Under the pieces are notes generated by a model that searched no databases, had not been told where the DNA came from, and worked only from the letters and a program-made list of their open reading frames with translations. Shown in pieces: positions 26,272-35,252 of a stretch of 64,000 nt of DNA. How positions within the stretch are numbered: the first letter of the stretch is position 1; every line of letters starts with the position of its first letter. The stretch covers positions 65,068 through 129,067 of the forward strand of contig CAZFYO010000001.1 in the NCBI GenBank assembly GCA_964523525.1, written 5' to 3'. This DNA comes from an uncultured Elusimicrobia bacterium (GTDB lineage: Bacteria > Elusimicrobiota > Elusimicrobia > 2-02-FULL-39-32). Made by a program: the position numbers and the translations under genes.

Positions 26272-28239
26272 TTGAATCACGCGGATCAAAATCGGGGGTC
26301 CTTGCGACTGGCCGATTTTTTTATTTTCGGGCGGATTTTCCTGCTCGCGGCCGCGCTCGTTTTTGCCTGCAAACCCATTTTTTCCGAGGACGCGCCGCCC
26401 AAGGAGCCGGGCGAGTCGGAGCTGATCGAGCGGCAGAGGATCATGGAGCGCGATCTCGAAGCGCGTATCCAAAACGTCCTGAACAAGACGCTCGGGCCCG
26501 ACCAGTCGGAAGTGAAGGTCAGCATCAATTTATCGGTGATGAAGGACGTCAAGAAGAAGTCCGGATCGGGACAGCAGAAAAAACAGAAAGAAGAAAATCC
26601 TCTGGGCGACACCAAATTTATCCTGCCGGGCGTGCCCGCGCCCAAGAACGTGGGCAAGGAAAAAGAGCCCGAGAACGTCACGAAGCAGCAGGCCGAACAG
26701 GAGCGCGAGCAGACGCAGATCAGCTTCAAGGTCATCACCTCGAAGCGCGAAGCCGTGGTCTTTTACAACGAGAAAATGAAAGCCAAGGAGGCGGAAGCCA
26801 AGCGCGCGGTGATGGCGCTGACCGACCTCAAGGACGAAGAGCTCAAGTTCATACCCGGCAAGTTCTTCACGTCGGTCTCGACGTACTGGGAAGAGTTCAT
26901 CAAGGACCCGAAGAACCTCATCTTTTCGGCCTTGCTTTTCCTCCTGCTCCTCCTCATCCTGTGGCTCTTCATCCCCCTCACCAGCTTTTTCAAGAATTAC
27001 ATTACGGCCATGAAAGAGAAGGCCGGGATCGAAGTGAAGATGGAATCGTCGAGCGAAGACGAGACCGATGCGAACAGAGACGGGCTCTCGCCCGAGGAGC
27101 TCGCAGAACGCGGGCTGCTGGGCGAAGACGGGAAGGAGGGTGAGGGAGAAATGGCGAAGAAATACGCACCGTTCGAATATATCACCGAGGAGAATTTGAA
27201 GCGCCTCCTGGGCGTGTTCCGCAAGGAGCCGCCGCAGGTCATCGCGCTTGTTCTCTCTTACCTGAAACAGGACCTCGTGAAGACCATCTATTCCGAGCTC
27301 CCCGTCGACCTCCAGGTGAAAGTCGCGGCCGAGGCCAGCGCCGTGCGCCAGGCGACCGAAGAACAGGTCCGCATGGTCGATGAAAACATCAAGGCCAAGA
27401 TTGATTTCGTGGTGGGCGGCGTGGACAACCTCATCAAAATTCTGGAAGAAGTGGATTACAAAATCCGCGACAACATCCTCGAATATTTGATGAACCACAA
27501 GCCGCAGCTTTACGAAAAAGTCCGGTCCAGCATTCTGCTGTTCGAAGATTTCGTGAAGTTCCCCGACCCCGCGGTGCAGACCATTTTGCGCGAGCTGAAA
27601 ACCGACCAGCTGGCGCGGTGCCTGCGGAACGCGAGTCCGGAGCTTCTGAACAAGTTCATGACCAACATGTCGCAGGGAGGCGCGGCGCTCCTGAAGGAAG
27701 AAATGGAGTTCGGCCGGCCCGTGAGCGACGATCAGATCGAGATGGACCGCCAATCGGTGATGAACAGCGTCAAGCAGATGGAAAGCGACGGAAAAGTCGC
27801 CATCCGCGAAAAGAAGAAGATTTCCGTCTTCGAATCGGAAGACGCGACGTCGCCTTTGACGCCCAGCATGCCGGACGAGTCCGGTTCGCGGCGCGGCGGC
27901 AAGGGCCCGGGACTGGGATTGCCGTCGGCGGCTCCCGCGCCGGGCGCCGGAGTTTCGGGCGCTGCCGGAGAAGCCGGGAACGAGGCCGCGTCCTATATTT
28001 CCTACGGCGAACAGCTCTACGCGGAAGAAAAGTTTGATGAAGCCCTGACGTACCTGCAGCACGGGGTCGAGCAGGACCCGAACAACGCGGCGGCTTATCA
28101 GACGATGGGCCACTGCTATTACAGCTTGAGCATGCCCACCGAGGCGCTGCAGTGCTACGAGTACGCGCTGTCGCTCGCGCCGGGCGACGAAACGCTCCGC
28201 CAGTGGGTGGAGCAGTTCAAGCAGAGCGTCGGAGCTTAA
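26272..28239 (+). CDS. Bitopic membrane protein: FliF/YscJ-like ring-building motif (periplasmic) + FliG middle and C-terminal domains (cytoplasmic) + TPR tail
   Basis: 655 aa, TTG start with RBS AAGGAAAGAAGAGG. TM1 is aa 16-35. The periplasmic segment IMERDLEARIQNVLNKTLGPDQSEVKVSINLS resembles the FliF segment ALEGELARTIETLGPVKSARVHLAMP. TM2 is aa 215-240. Aa ~298-512 align by eye to FliG: KEPPQVIALVLSYL vs EHPQIIATILVHL, and NMSQGGAALLKEEMEFGRPVSDDQIE...MESDGKVAI vs NMSQRAADILRDDLANRGPVRLSQVE...LAETGEMVI. TPR spans aa ~573-650. Confidence 0.8.
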   Translation: MNHADQNRGSLRLADFFIFGRIFLLAAALVFACKPIFSEDAPPKEPGESELIERQRIMERDLEARIQNVLNKTLGPDQSEVKVSINLSVMKDVKKKSGSGQQKKQKEENPLGDTKFILPGVPAPKNVGKEKEPENVTKQQAEQEREQTQISFKVITSKREAVVFYNEKMKAKEAEAKRAVMALTDLKDEELKFIPGKFFTSVSTYWEEFIKDPKNLIFSALLFLLLLLILWLFIPLTSFFKNYITAMKEKAGIEVKMESSSEDETDANRDGLSPEELAERGLLGEDGKEGEGEMAKKYAPFEYITEENLKRLLGVFRKEPPQVIALVLSYLKQDLVKTIYSELPVDLQVKVAAEASAVRQATEEQVRMVDENIKAKIDFVVGGVDNLIKILEEVDYKIRDNILEYLMNHKPQLYEKVRSSILLFEDFVKFPDPAVQTILRELKTDQLARCLRNASPELLNKFMTNMSQGGAALLKEEMEFGRPVSDDQIEMDRQSVMNSVKQMESDGKVAIREKKKISVFESEDATSPLTPSMPDESGSRRGGKGPGLGLPSAAPAPGAGVSGAAGEAGNEAASYISYGEQLYAEEKFDEALTYLQHGVEQDPNNAAAYQTMGHCYYSLSMPTEALQCYEYALSLAPGDETLRQWVEQFKQSVGA

Positions 28240-28248
28240 AGGATCGAC

Positions 28249-31200
28249 ATGGCGGACATCAGAGACAAGATCAAGACCTGGCTGAACAAGTCGCAGGATG
28301 AGGCGGCCGCCGCGCGTCCGCCCGCGTCCGGCCAGGCTCCGGGCCAGGCGCCCGCGCCGTCGTCCAAGACGCCCGAGGCGAAAGTTCCCGAACCGAAAGC
28401 CTCCGAACCGGAAGAGCCTCTGGATCTGACCGTGACCGAACCGAAAACCACGGAGCCCGGCAGCCGCCGCAACGCCGCGATGAGCCGCATGTCTTCCGCG
28501 GAAAAGGGAACCTATTTGCTGCAGGAACAGTCGGACGCGGAGAAAAAGCTGGCCGAGCTGACCCAGGAGCTGGGCGACGTCCGCAGAAAATTTCACGACG
28601 ATATCCGCAGGAAGGAAGAAGAGAAGATCAAACTTTTCGCGCACCTGGCCCAGGCGGACCAGAAGAGCCAGGCTTCCATCAGCCAGCAGCAGGCGGCCAT
28701 TGAAAAACTGCAGCGCGAAAGCCAGATGGAGATCGAGGCGCTCGAAAAACGGCTTCAGGAAGAAAGCCGCGAATGGGCCGGCGAGATCGAGGCCATCGAA
28801 AAGAACAAGGGCGAATATTCCGCTGCCGGGGACTTGAAGCGGCAGGAACTGGAAATGCAGGAAAAGCACCGCATCCAGGACCAGCAGAAGATTTTAGATC
28901 AGCTGGACGGCCAGATTGATATGGTCAGAAATAAAATTGAAGGCGAAAGAAAGAAATATGAGGAGCGCATCCGAGTGATCGAAAACGACAACCTTTCCAT
29001 CAAATCCCAGATCCAGCTCAAACAGGCGACCCAGCGGACGCACGAGCAGAAGCTGGTCGAGGAATTTTCGAGCGCCCAGACCGATTGGGAGGCCCGCATG
29101 AGGGCTCTGCAGTCCCAGATGCAGGCCGAAAAGCAGAAGTGGCAGGAGGCTCTGGGTCATAAGGAAGCCGAGTTCCGGGCCATCAAGTCCGAATTGGAAA
29201 AGAAAGATTCCGCCATGAAATTCGCCCTGAAGAGCAAAAAGGAAGACCTGCTTTCCGCGCTGGCGCGCGCCGAGGCGAAGCTCAAGAGCCTTTCCGATGA
29301 GGCCAGAAAAGAAAAGATCGAGTACGAAAAGGATTTGAAGTTCCGCACCGACGAAGCGGAGAAGCTGAAAGTCGAGCTGATGCTGCTCGATTCCCAGCTG
29401 AAAGTCGAAAGCGAAAAGGCCGAGTCCTCCATTTTATCCCTGCAGCAGGAAGCCAACAACAAGATCTCGTTCCTGGAAAGCAAAATCCAGGAGGAAAGCC
29501 GCATCGGCCAGAAGCAGGTGGAAGAAAAGAAACAAGAGATCGACAACCTGGCGCTCCAGTTCGGCATTAAAAAGAGCTCTCTCCAGGAAGAATTCTTGCA
29601 GAAGAAAGCCGATCTGGAAAAGCGCAAGAAAGAGCTTCAGGAAGAGCTCAAAAAAGCCATCCGCCTGCTCGAGAAGGAGCGGGAGGACCACCGCATCGAA
29701 GTCGCGGAGCGCGACGCGGTCATCGCCAAGATCAAGCAGGAAATGGGCAAGAGCTCGGACGAAATGGCGAAGAAGCGAGAAGAGTTTTTGGTGAGCATGG
29801 ACGCCCAAAAGCAGGAAATGGCGGCCAAAATATCCGCGCTGGAAGAGCGCGTCAAGATTGAGAAGCAGGGACTGAACGAGCTGCTGGGCCGGGAAAATCA
29901 AACCCTGATGGAAAAGAAGGCGATGCTTTCCAAGGAACAAGCGCAGGTCCAGCACGCGGTCAAAAAGCAGGAGGACGAGCTCCATTTTGAGATCACGCCC
30001 ATCAAGAACCAGATCATGGACCAGCGCAACCGCCTCGAGCAGGAGCGCGCGTCGCGCGAAAAGATTTTAGGCGCCAAGGACCAGATTATCCAGAACCTGC
30101 AAAAGCAGAAACAGACGCTTCAGGAAACGATTTTCAATTCGCTGAGCCAGCACCAGGGCCTGATAGATAAGGAAAAGGGCAAGGGCGCAGAAAAGATCGA
30201 CGAGCTGCATAAGAAGTGGGAAGTCGAGAAGAGCACTTTGGAGCAGGCGATCGCCAGCATCCGCCGGGAATACGAAAACGTGCAGAATGAAGTCGCGAAG
30301 CTCCCGCCCCAGGCGGAGTCGCAGCTGAACCTCTTCATGACCGCGCACAAGAAGGAGCTGGAGTCGCTCCAGCAGCTCCACCAGTCCGCCGTCAGCCAGC
30401 GGGACCAGGAAGAAAAACTCCATCAGAACAAGATGGCGCAGATGCAGGCGAGAGAAGACGAGCTCGCGAAAGAGCACCAGTCCCTGCAGAACAAATTTGA
30501 GGAAGCGCGACGCCGCCAGGAAGAGCAGATCGCCGAACTTCACAAGAGCCAGCAGAAACGCTCGCAGGATGCGGAGCTCGAAATCAAAAAGGCCCGCGAC
30601 GATTATCAGGCGCTCCTGAAATCGTCCGAGCAGGAATTGGAAACGCAGAAGAAATCCCTGGCCGATAAAAAAGCCGCTTTTGAAACCGACCGGCAGACCC
30701 TGGAGGCCGATTGGAACGAGAAAAAGAAAGGCCTTGAGTCCAAGATCACTGAAATCCGGGGCCAGTACGAGTCGCAGAAGGCGATCTGGCAGAAGGCCCT
30801 GGCCGACAGCACGGCTCACATCCGCGGCCTCGAACAGAAGCTCGAGCATCAGAAGAACGAACATCAACGCACTCTGGAAGCCCTCGAAGCCCGCAAAAAA
30901 GCCCAGGAATCAGATTTTGCCGCGAAAATGGAAGATCTCCGCCGCCAGAAAGCCGGGGCCGGTGATGAGCAATCCACGAAGCTCAAAGAAAAGAGCGACA
31001 ACATGGCCGCGCTGGACCGGGAGATTCAGGATTTCATTCAGCAGTCGCAGACCGATGCCGCGAACCGCAAGGCGGATATCGAGCGCCAGCAAAAAGAGTT
31101 GGAATCGCGCAAACAGGGTCTGCAGAAGGAGCTGGAGCTCGAAAGCAAACGTTCTCCGGAACTGCTGGAACAGAAAGACCGTCAGATTCAGTCTCTGAAG

Positions 31201-33231
31201 ACCGAGCTCTCCGATAACGAAACGCGATTTAAGAACGAGTGGGAAAGCATGGAGTCCGAGTTCGCGGCGTTCAACAAGACGTCGGCGGAAGCGATCAGGA
31301 CTCTGGAAAAAGAGCTGCAGGACGGAGGGGCCTCCTTCGAAAAAACCCTCGCTGAAAGGAATTTGCGGGTCCAGTCGCTGCAGGAAGAGAAGAATAAGGA
31401 AGAGGTCAAATCCAACCAGGTTTTGACCCAGCTCACCAACGAGCTGAACAAAATGAAGGCCGCTTACGAGCTCGAGATCAAGGATTTGGAAAAGAAGATC
31501 GCTCAGGAAAAGGCGCGGTTCGAACAGCAGTTCAAGGTGCGCGAAGTCGACGTCGAAGGCCTGCAGAAAACCCTCGCGCAGAAGAAGTCGCAGAGGGACG
31601 CGGCCGTGGAATCGCGCAGCAAGGAGATCGAGCAGGAAAAGCGCCGGCTGTCTCTTAGAAAGGACGATCTTTCCAAGCGGATCGCCGAAGACCGCCAGCT
31701 GGCGCAGAAAACCGTGCGCGCCCGCGAAGAAGAGATTTCCAAAATCCAGGCGGAAATCAGCGTTCATAAGGAAGAGTTCCACGCCCAGGAATCCAAATTT
31801 AAGGAACAGATCCTCCGGGAACGGTCCAAATACGAGGGCCGCATCAAGGACCTGACCAAGCATTACGAAAAAGACATCGACTCCCAAACCCGTACGCTTC
31901 AGGAAAAACAGAAGGAGCTGGAGAAACTCAATCTGCAGCTTGGCAACTGGAACGAGAATGCCCGCCTCGAGGACGAAAAGAGCCGCGAGCGCTGGGAAGA
32001 AGAACGGCTCGGCTTTGAAAAGGAAATTCAGGAGCTGGAGTATCAGCTGGCCCAAGAGCGGACGTCCATCGACGAGGCGACCGAGAAAAAATCCGAGGAG
32101 ATCAAGCGGCTCACCGCGGATCTGGCGCGGCTCCAGCAGACCTATTCGGTCCAGCTGGCCGAGTTGAAACGCGAGAAGGACAACGTCGCCAACGAGGAAA
32201 CGGAGTGGGAGAACAAACTTAAAGATGAGAAAGGGCGGCTGGCGGAAGAGGTCCGCGCGACCGAGCGCGAGCTCGAGCGGATCAAGGTCCAGCTGGCGCT
32301 CAAAGAAACCCAGGTGAACATCGAGAAGCAGAAGAAGGAGCGCGAGATCCGCTGGGCGAAGCGGCCGCTGGAGTTCAAGCTGCTCGAGTTGAAACGCAAG
32401 CAGGAAGAGAAGGAGCGCGAAGGCCGCCGCCGGTCCGAGCTCGTGGAAGCGGAGCGGAAACGCCTCGTGGCGGAAATCAAGCAGCTCGATGGGTTGATTC
32501 AGGACGAATCGAAAAAACGGGATTCCGTCCTTTCCGGATACAAAGACGAGGTGAAACACCGCATCCAGGGCCTGAGGGAGCAGGTGAAATCGGACAACAC
32601 CTCCCTCGTGCAGATGTTGTCGGCCCGCCGGGAAGAGCTGACCGGATTAAAAAACGCGTTGAAGAGCATGGACCAGGTTTTGAAGGAGTTTGAGGGAGCC
32701 AGCCAGCCCGTGCATTTCGCGGAACTGGAAGACGAGATCGCGCAGCTGGAACAGGAGCTGGCCGCGGCCGCCGAGAAAGGAAGCTCTGGATCCGCGCAGG
32801 CCGAGATCAAGGATTTCCAGCAGGAGATCAAAAACAAGAACAGGAATATATCTCAGGAGCGTTCCAAGTCGGAAAAAATTTTATCGAAGGTCAAAGGAGG
32901 GCTGGATCCCTTCTTCAAGGCGACCGACCAGTTGAGCCAGGACGCCGCGGCCGCGCGAGAGAAGTCGTCGAAAGCGAAGGCCCTGATGGAACAGGGCATG
33001 CGGGCGTTCGCGGAAGAGCGGCTGGCCGAAGCCCAGAATTATTTCCTGCAATCGATCGATCACGATTCCCGCAACGCGGTCTGTTATCAAATGCTGGGGC
33101 TCGCGTCCGAAAAGATGAAAGATATCGCGAAGGCGCGCGGTTATTTCAAGAAAGCGCTGGAGCTGGAGCCCGGAAACCAATTTCTCAAAAATCATCTGAG
33201 CCAAATGGATCAAAGTAACAAAGGAGCATGA
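28249..33231 (+). CDS. Giant (1660 aa) coiled-coil protein with a Pro/Ala-rich N-terminus and a C-terminal TPR module
   Basis: About 1450 aa of nearly uninterrupted E/K/Q/L/R heptad-like sequence. N-terminal PPASGQAPGQAPAPSSKTPEAKVPEPKASEPEEP. C-terminal AEAQNYFLQSIDHDSRNAVCYQMLGLASEKMKDIAKARGYFKKALELEPGN (TPR). Starts 9 nt after the upstream stop. Confidence 0.8.
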   Translation: MADIRDKIKTWLNKSQDEAAAARPPASGQAPGQAPAPSSKTPEAKVPEPKASEPEEPLDLTVTEPKTTEPGSRRNAAMSRMSSAEKGTYLLQEQSDAEKKLAELTQELGDVRRKFHDDIRRKEEEKIKLFAHLAQADQKSQASISQQQAAIEKLQRESQMEIEALEKRLQEESREWAGEIEAIEKNKGEYSAAGDLKRQELEMQEKHRIQDQQKILDQLDGQIDMVRNKIEGERKKYEERIRVIENDNLSIKSQIQLKQATQRTHEQKLVEEFSSAQTDWEARMRALQSQMQAEKQKWQEALGHKEAEFRAIKSELEKKDSAMKFALKSKKEDLLSALARAEAKLKSLSDEARKEKIEYEKDLKFRTDEAEKLKVELMLLDSQLKVESEKAESSILSLQQEANNKISFLESKIQEESRIGQKQVEEKKQEIDNLALQFGIKKSSLQEEFLQKKADLEKRKKELQEELKKAIRLLEKEREDHRIEVAERDAVIAKIKQEMGKSSDEMAKKREEFLVSMDAQKQEMAAKISALEERVKIEKQGLNELLGRENQTLMEKKAMLSKEQAQVQHAVKKQEDELHFEITPIKNQIMDQRNRLEQERASREKILGAKDQIIQNLQKQKQTLQETIFNSLSQHQGLIDKEKGKGAEKIDELHKKWEVEKSTLEQAIASIRREYENVQNEVAKLPPQAESQLNLFMTAHKKELESLQQLHQSAVSQRDQEEKLHQNKMAQMQAREDELAKEHQSLQNKFEEARRRQEEQIAELHKSQQKRSQDAELEIKKARDDYQALLKSSEQELETQKKSLADKKAAFETDRQTLEADWNEKKKGLESKITEIRGQYESQKAIWQKALADSTAHIRGLEQKLEHQKNEHQRTLEALEARKKAQESDFAAKMEDLRRQKAGAGDEQSTKLKEKSDNMAALDREIQDFIQQSQTDAANRKADIERQQKELESRKQGLQKELELESKRSPELLEQKDRQIQSLKTELSDNETRFKNEWESMESEFAAFNKTSAEAIRTLEKELQDGGASFEKTLAERNLRVQSLQEEKNKEEVKSNQVLTQLTNELNKMKAAYELEIKDLEKKIAQEKARFEQQFKVREVDVEGLQKTLAQKKSQRDAAVESRSKEIEQEKRRLSLRKDDLSKRIAEDRQLAQKTVRAREEEISKIQAEISVHKEEFHAQESKFKEQILRERSKYEGRIKDLTKHYEKDIDSQTRTLQEKQKELEKLNLQLGNWNENARLEDEKSRERWEEERLGFEKEIQELEYQLAQERTSIDEATEKKSEEIKRLTADLARLQQTYSVQLAELKREKDNVANEETEWENKLKDEKGRLAEEVRATERELERIKVQLALKETQVNIEKQKKEREIRWAKRPLEFKLLELKRKQEEKEREGRRRSELVEAERKRLVAEIKQLDGLIQDESKKRDSVLSGYKDEVKHRIQGLREQVKSDNTSLVQMLSARREELTGLKNALKSMDQVLKEFEGASQPVHFAELEDEIAQLEQELAAAAEKGSSGSAQAEIKDFQQEIKNKNRNISQERSKSEKILSKVKGGLDPFFKATDQLSQDAAAAREKSSKAKALMEQGMRAFAEERLAEAQNYFLQSIDHDSRNAVCYQMLGLASEKMKDIAKARGYFKKALELEPGNQFLKNHLSQMDQSNKGA

Positions 33232-35252
33232 CCATGCCAGAGCTGCCGCCCAAAAGAATTCCGCCCCCGTTAGGAGGCATGAAACCCCCTATGAAAGCGC
33301 CCGGCGCGCCGGGACTTCCCGGATTGCCGGGAGCGAAACCTCCCATGATGCCCGGCCAAACCCCAGCGCTCCCTGGGGCCAGACCCGGCATGCCCGGCCA
33401 GCATGGAATGCCCGCCGCGAACGCTCCTTCCAGCGCGGTCATTGAGGAACGGCTCAGGAAGATGGAAGAGCACGCGCGGGAAATCGAAGATTCGAAGAAA
33501 AAACTGGAAAAATCCCTCGCCGAGATGGAGATCAAGCTCAAGGACGAGAAGGAAAAAGCGCTCTCGCAGGCGATCAAGGCCCGCGAAGAGGAAGCCCTTT
33601 CCCTCAAGATGGAGCAGGCGCTCAAGGAAATGCAGGACAAGGCGCGCGTCGCGCGCCGCGAACAGGAAATGGAAGAGTCCCGCGCCCGCGCCGAGGAAAA
33701 GGCGAAAGACCTCGAACGCAGGCTGAACGAAGAGCGCGAAGCCTGGGTGATCAACCTGAAGAAGCAGATGGAGATGCGGGACCATGAAACCAAGCAGGTC
33801 GAAGGCCAGATCGAAAGCCGGTTTCACGATCTCGAAAGGCGCTGGCTCGAAGAACGGTCGGCGCTGATCCAGTCGCTCAAGTCCAAAGAGGACGAGACGC
33901 AGGATTTGAAGCAGCGGGCGGACCGCGCGGAGATCGAGCTCCACCGGATCCGGGAAGAGTCGATCAAGTCGGTCGAGCAGGAGCGCCGGAACCTGGCGTT
34001 CGAGTTCGAGTCCCGCAAGGACGAATTGCTGCGCGAGAGGGATTCTCTCGCCTCGGCGCTGGACCAGCGCGAAAACGAGCTGATGTCGCTCCGCGCCCAG
34101 CTGGCGATGGTGGATTCCCAGGTCCGCATGGCGCAGGAATCGGCGCAGAAGGGCCTGAACGAAAAGGAACGCGCCTGGCAGATGCAGATCGGAGAGATGG
34201 ACCGCGAATTCTTCCAGCTGAAACAGACGCGGGACCGCCTCGTTACCGAAAACGAAACTTTGAAGGGCGAGCTGCGCGACGTCCGCGAGCGCGCCGACGC
34301 CTTCCAGCAGAAGATGAATGAATTGCGCCTCGAAGCGGTCCGGAAAGGCGACGAATGCGAGGCTTTGTCCCGGGAGCTTTTCACGGAGCGCCAGACCTGG
34401 AGCGGCAAGATCGAGGAACGCATCCTGATGGAGCGCAACCTCCAGGAAACGCTGAACGCGCGCGAAAGCGAGCTGGGACGGCTGAAAAGCGTGTCCGCGG
34501 CGCTGGAATCGCGCCTCAAGGAGCAATTTGAGAAAGAGCGCAAGGAAGTCGAGCAGGCCAACCTGCGGTTACTGCGCGAAAAAGAGCAGAGCTACGCGGA
34601 TCTGAAAATGATCTCGGAGAGGGATAAGAGCATCATCCGCCTGGACCTTCAGGAAAAGATCGCGGAGCGCGAGCGGGAAATCGCGGCCTTAAAGCTCGAC
34701 TTCGCCCATATGCGGGCCGACTTGCTGAAACAATTCGACAAGGATAAGGAAGCCGCCCAGCACCAGTTCCAGCGGGAGTTCGGCGTGCGCGCCGACCTCA
34801 TGCAAAAGGAGCTGGACGAGGCGCACCGCGCCATGATGTCCGAGCTCGAGGCTTATGACGGAAAGATCAAGGCCGAGGAAGCGCGCCATCAAAAGGAAAT
34901 GCAGTCCAAAGAAGCTGAGGTTGTCCGGGCGGCCGAATCGGTCCGCCGGATGGAAGCCCTGGTTTCGGAGGAGCGCGAAGAGCTGGCCAGGGACCGGAGC
35001 GCCATGGAGCAGAAATTCTCCGAGGACGCGGCCCGGCTGCGCGAAAACTTTCAGAGCGAAAAAGAGCGGCTGGAACGTCAGTTGAGCGAAGCCGCCAGCG
35101 CGGCCGGAGACGACGGTTCGGGACTGTATTTCGAGCGGGAAAACAACGACCACCTGTCGCTCGGCCAGCTGATCTGGAAGTACCTGACGCGGACCGTGAT
35201 CGTTATTAATTTCAGGGGCGTTCCCCGCAAGTTCAGGAAGGTGCAGGAATGA
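33228..35252 (+). CDS. Proline/glycine-rich N-terminus + ~550-aa coiled-coil protein
   Basis: 674 aa. The ATG overlaps the upstream stop (ATGA); an alternative ATG at 33234 has better spacing from AAAGGAG. N-terminal PPKRIPPPLGGMKPPMKAPGAPGLPGLPGAKPPMMPGQTPALPGARPGMPGQHGMP, followed by E/R/K/L-rich coiled coil. Confidence 0.7.
   Translation: MTMPELPPKRIPPPLGGMKPPMKAPGAPGLPGLPGAKPPMMPGQTPALPGARPGMPGQHGMPAANAPSSAVIEERLRKMEEHAREIEDSKKKLEKSLAEMEIKLKDEKEKALSQAIKAREEEALSLKMEQALKEMQDKARVARREQEMEESRARAEEKAKDLERRLNEEREAWVINLKKQMEMRDHETKQVEGQIESRFHDLERRWLEERSALIQSLKSKEDETQDLKQRADRAEIELHRIREESIKSVEQERRNLAFEFESRKDELLRERDSLASALDQRENELMSLRAQLAMVDSQVRMAQESAQKGLNEKERAWQMQIGEMDREFFQLKQTRDRLVTENETLKGELRDVRERADAFQQKMNELRLEAVRKGDECEALSRELFTERQTWSGKIEERILMERNLQETLNARESELGRLKSVSAALESRLKEQFEKERKEVEQANLRLLREKEQSYADLKMISERDKSIIRLDLQEKIAEREREIAALKLDFAHMRADLLKQFDKDKEAAQHQFQREFGVRADLMQKELDEAHRAMMSELEAYDGKIKAEEARHQKEMQSKEAEVVRAAESVRRMEALVSEEREELARDRSAMEQKFSEDAARLRENFQSEKERLERQLSEAASAAGDDGSGLYFERENNDHLSLGQLIWKYLTRTVIVINFRGVPRKFRKVQE

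Noticed and set aside
26530-28869. Very long minus-strand ORFs antisense to the FliG-like and coiled-coil genes (779 aa at 26530..28869; also 30910..32559, 30067..30867, 33270..34526 and 35078..35788).
   Set aside because: Their translations are Leu/Arg/Phe/Gly-rich low-complexity mirrors of GAG/AAG/CAG-rich sense codons. They lack RBS or start context and overlap strongly supported plus-strand genes. They are typical stop-free antisense frames in GC-rich, codon-biased DNA.
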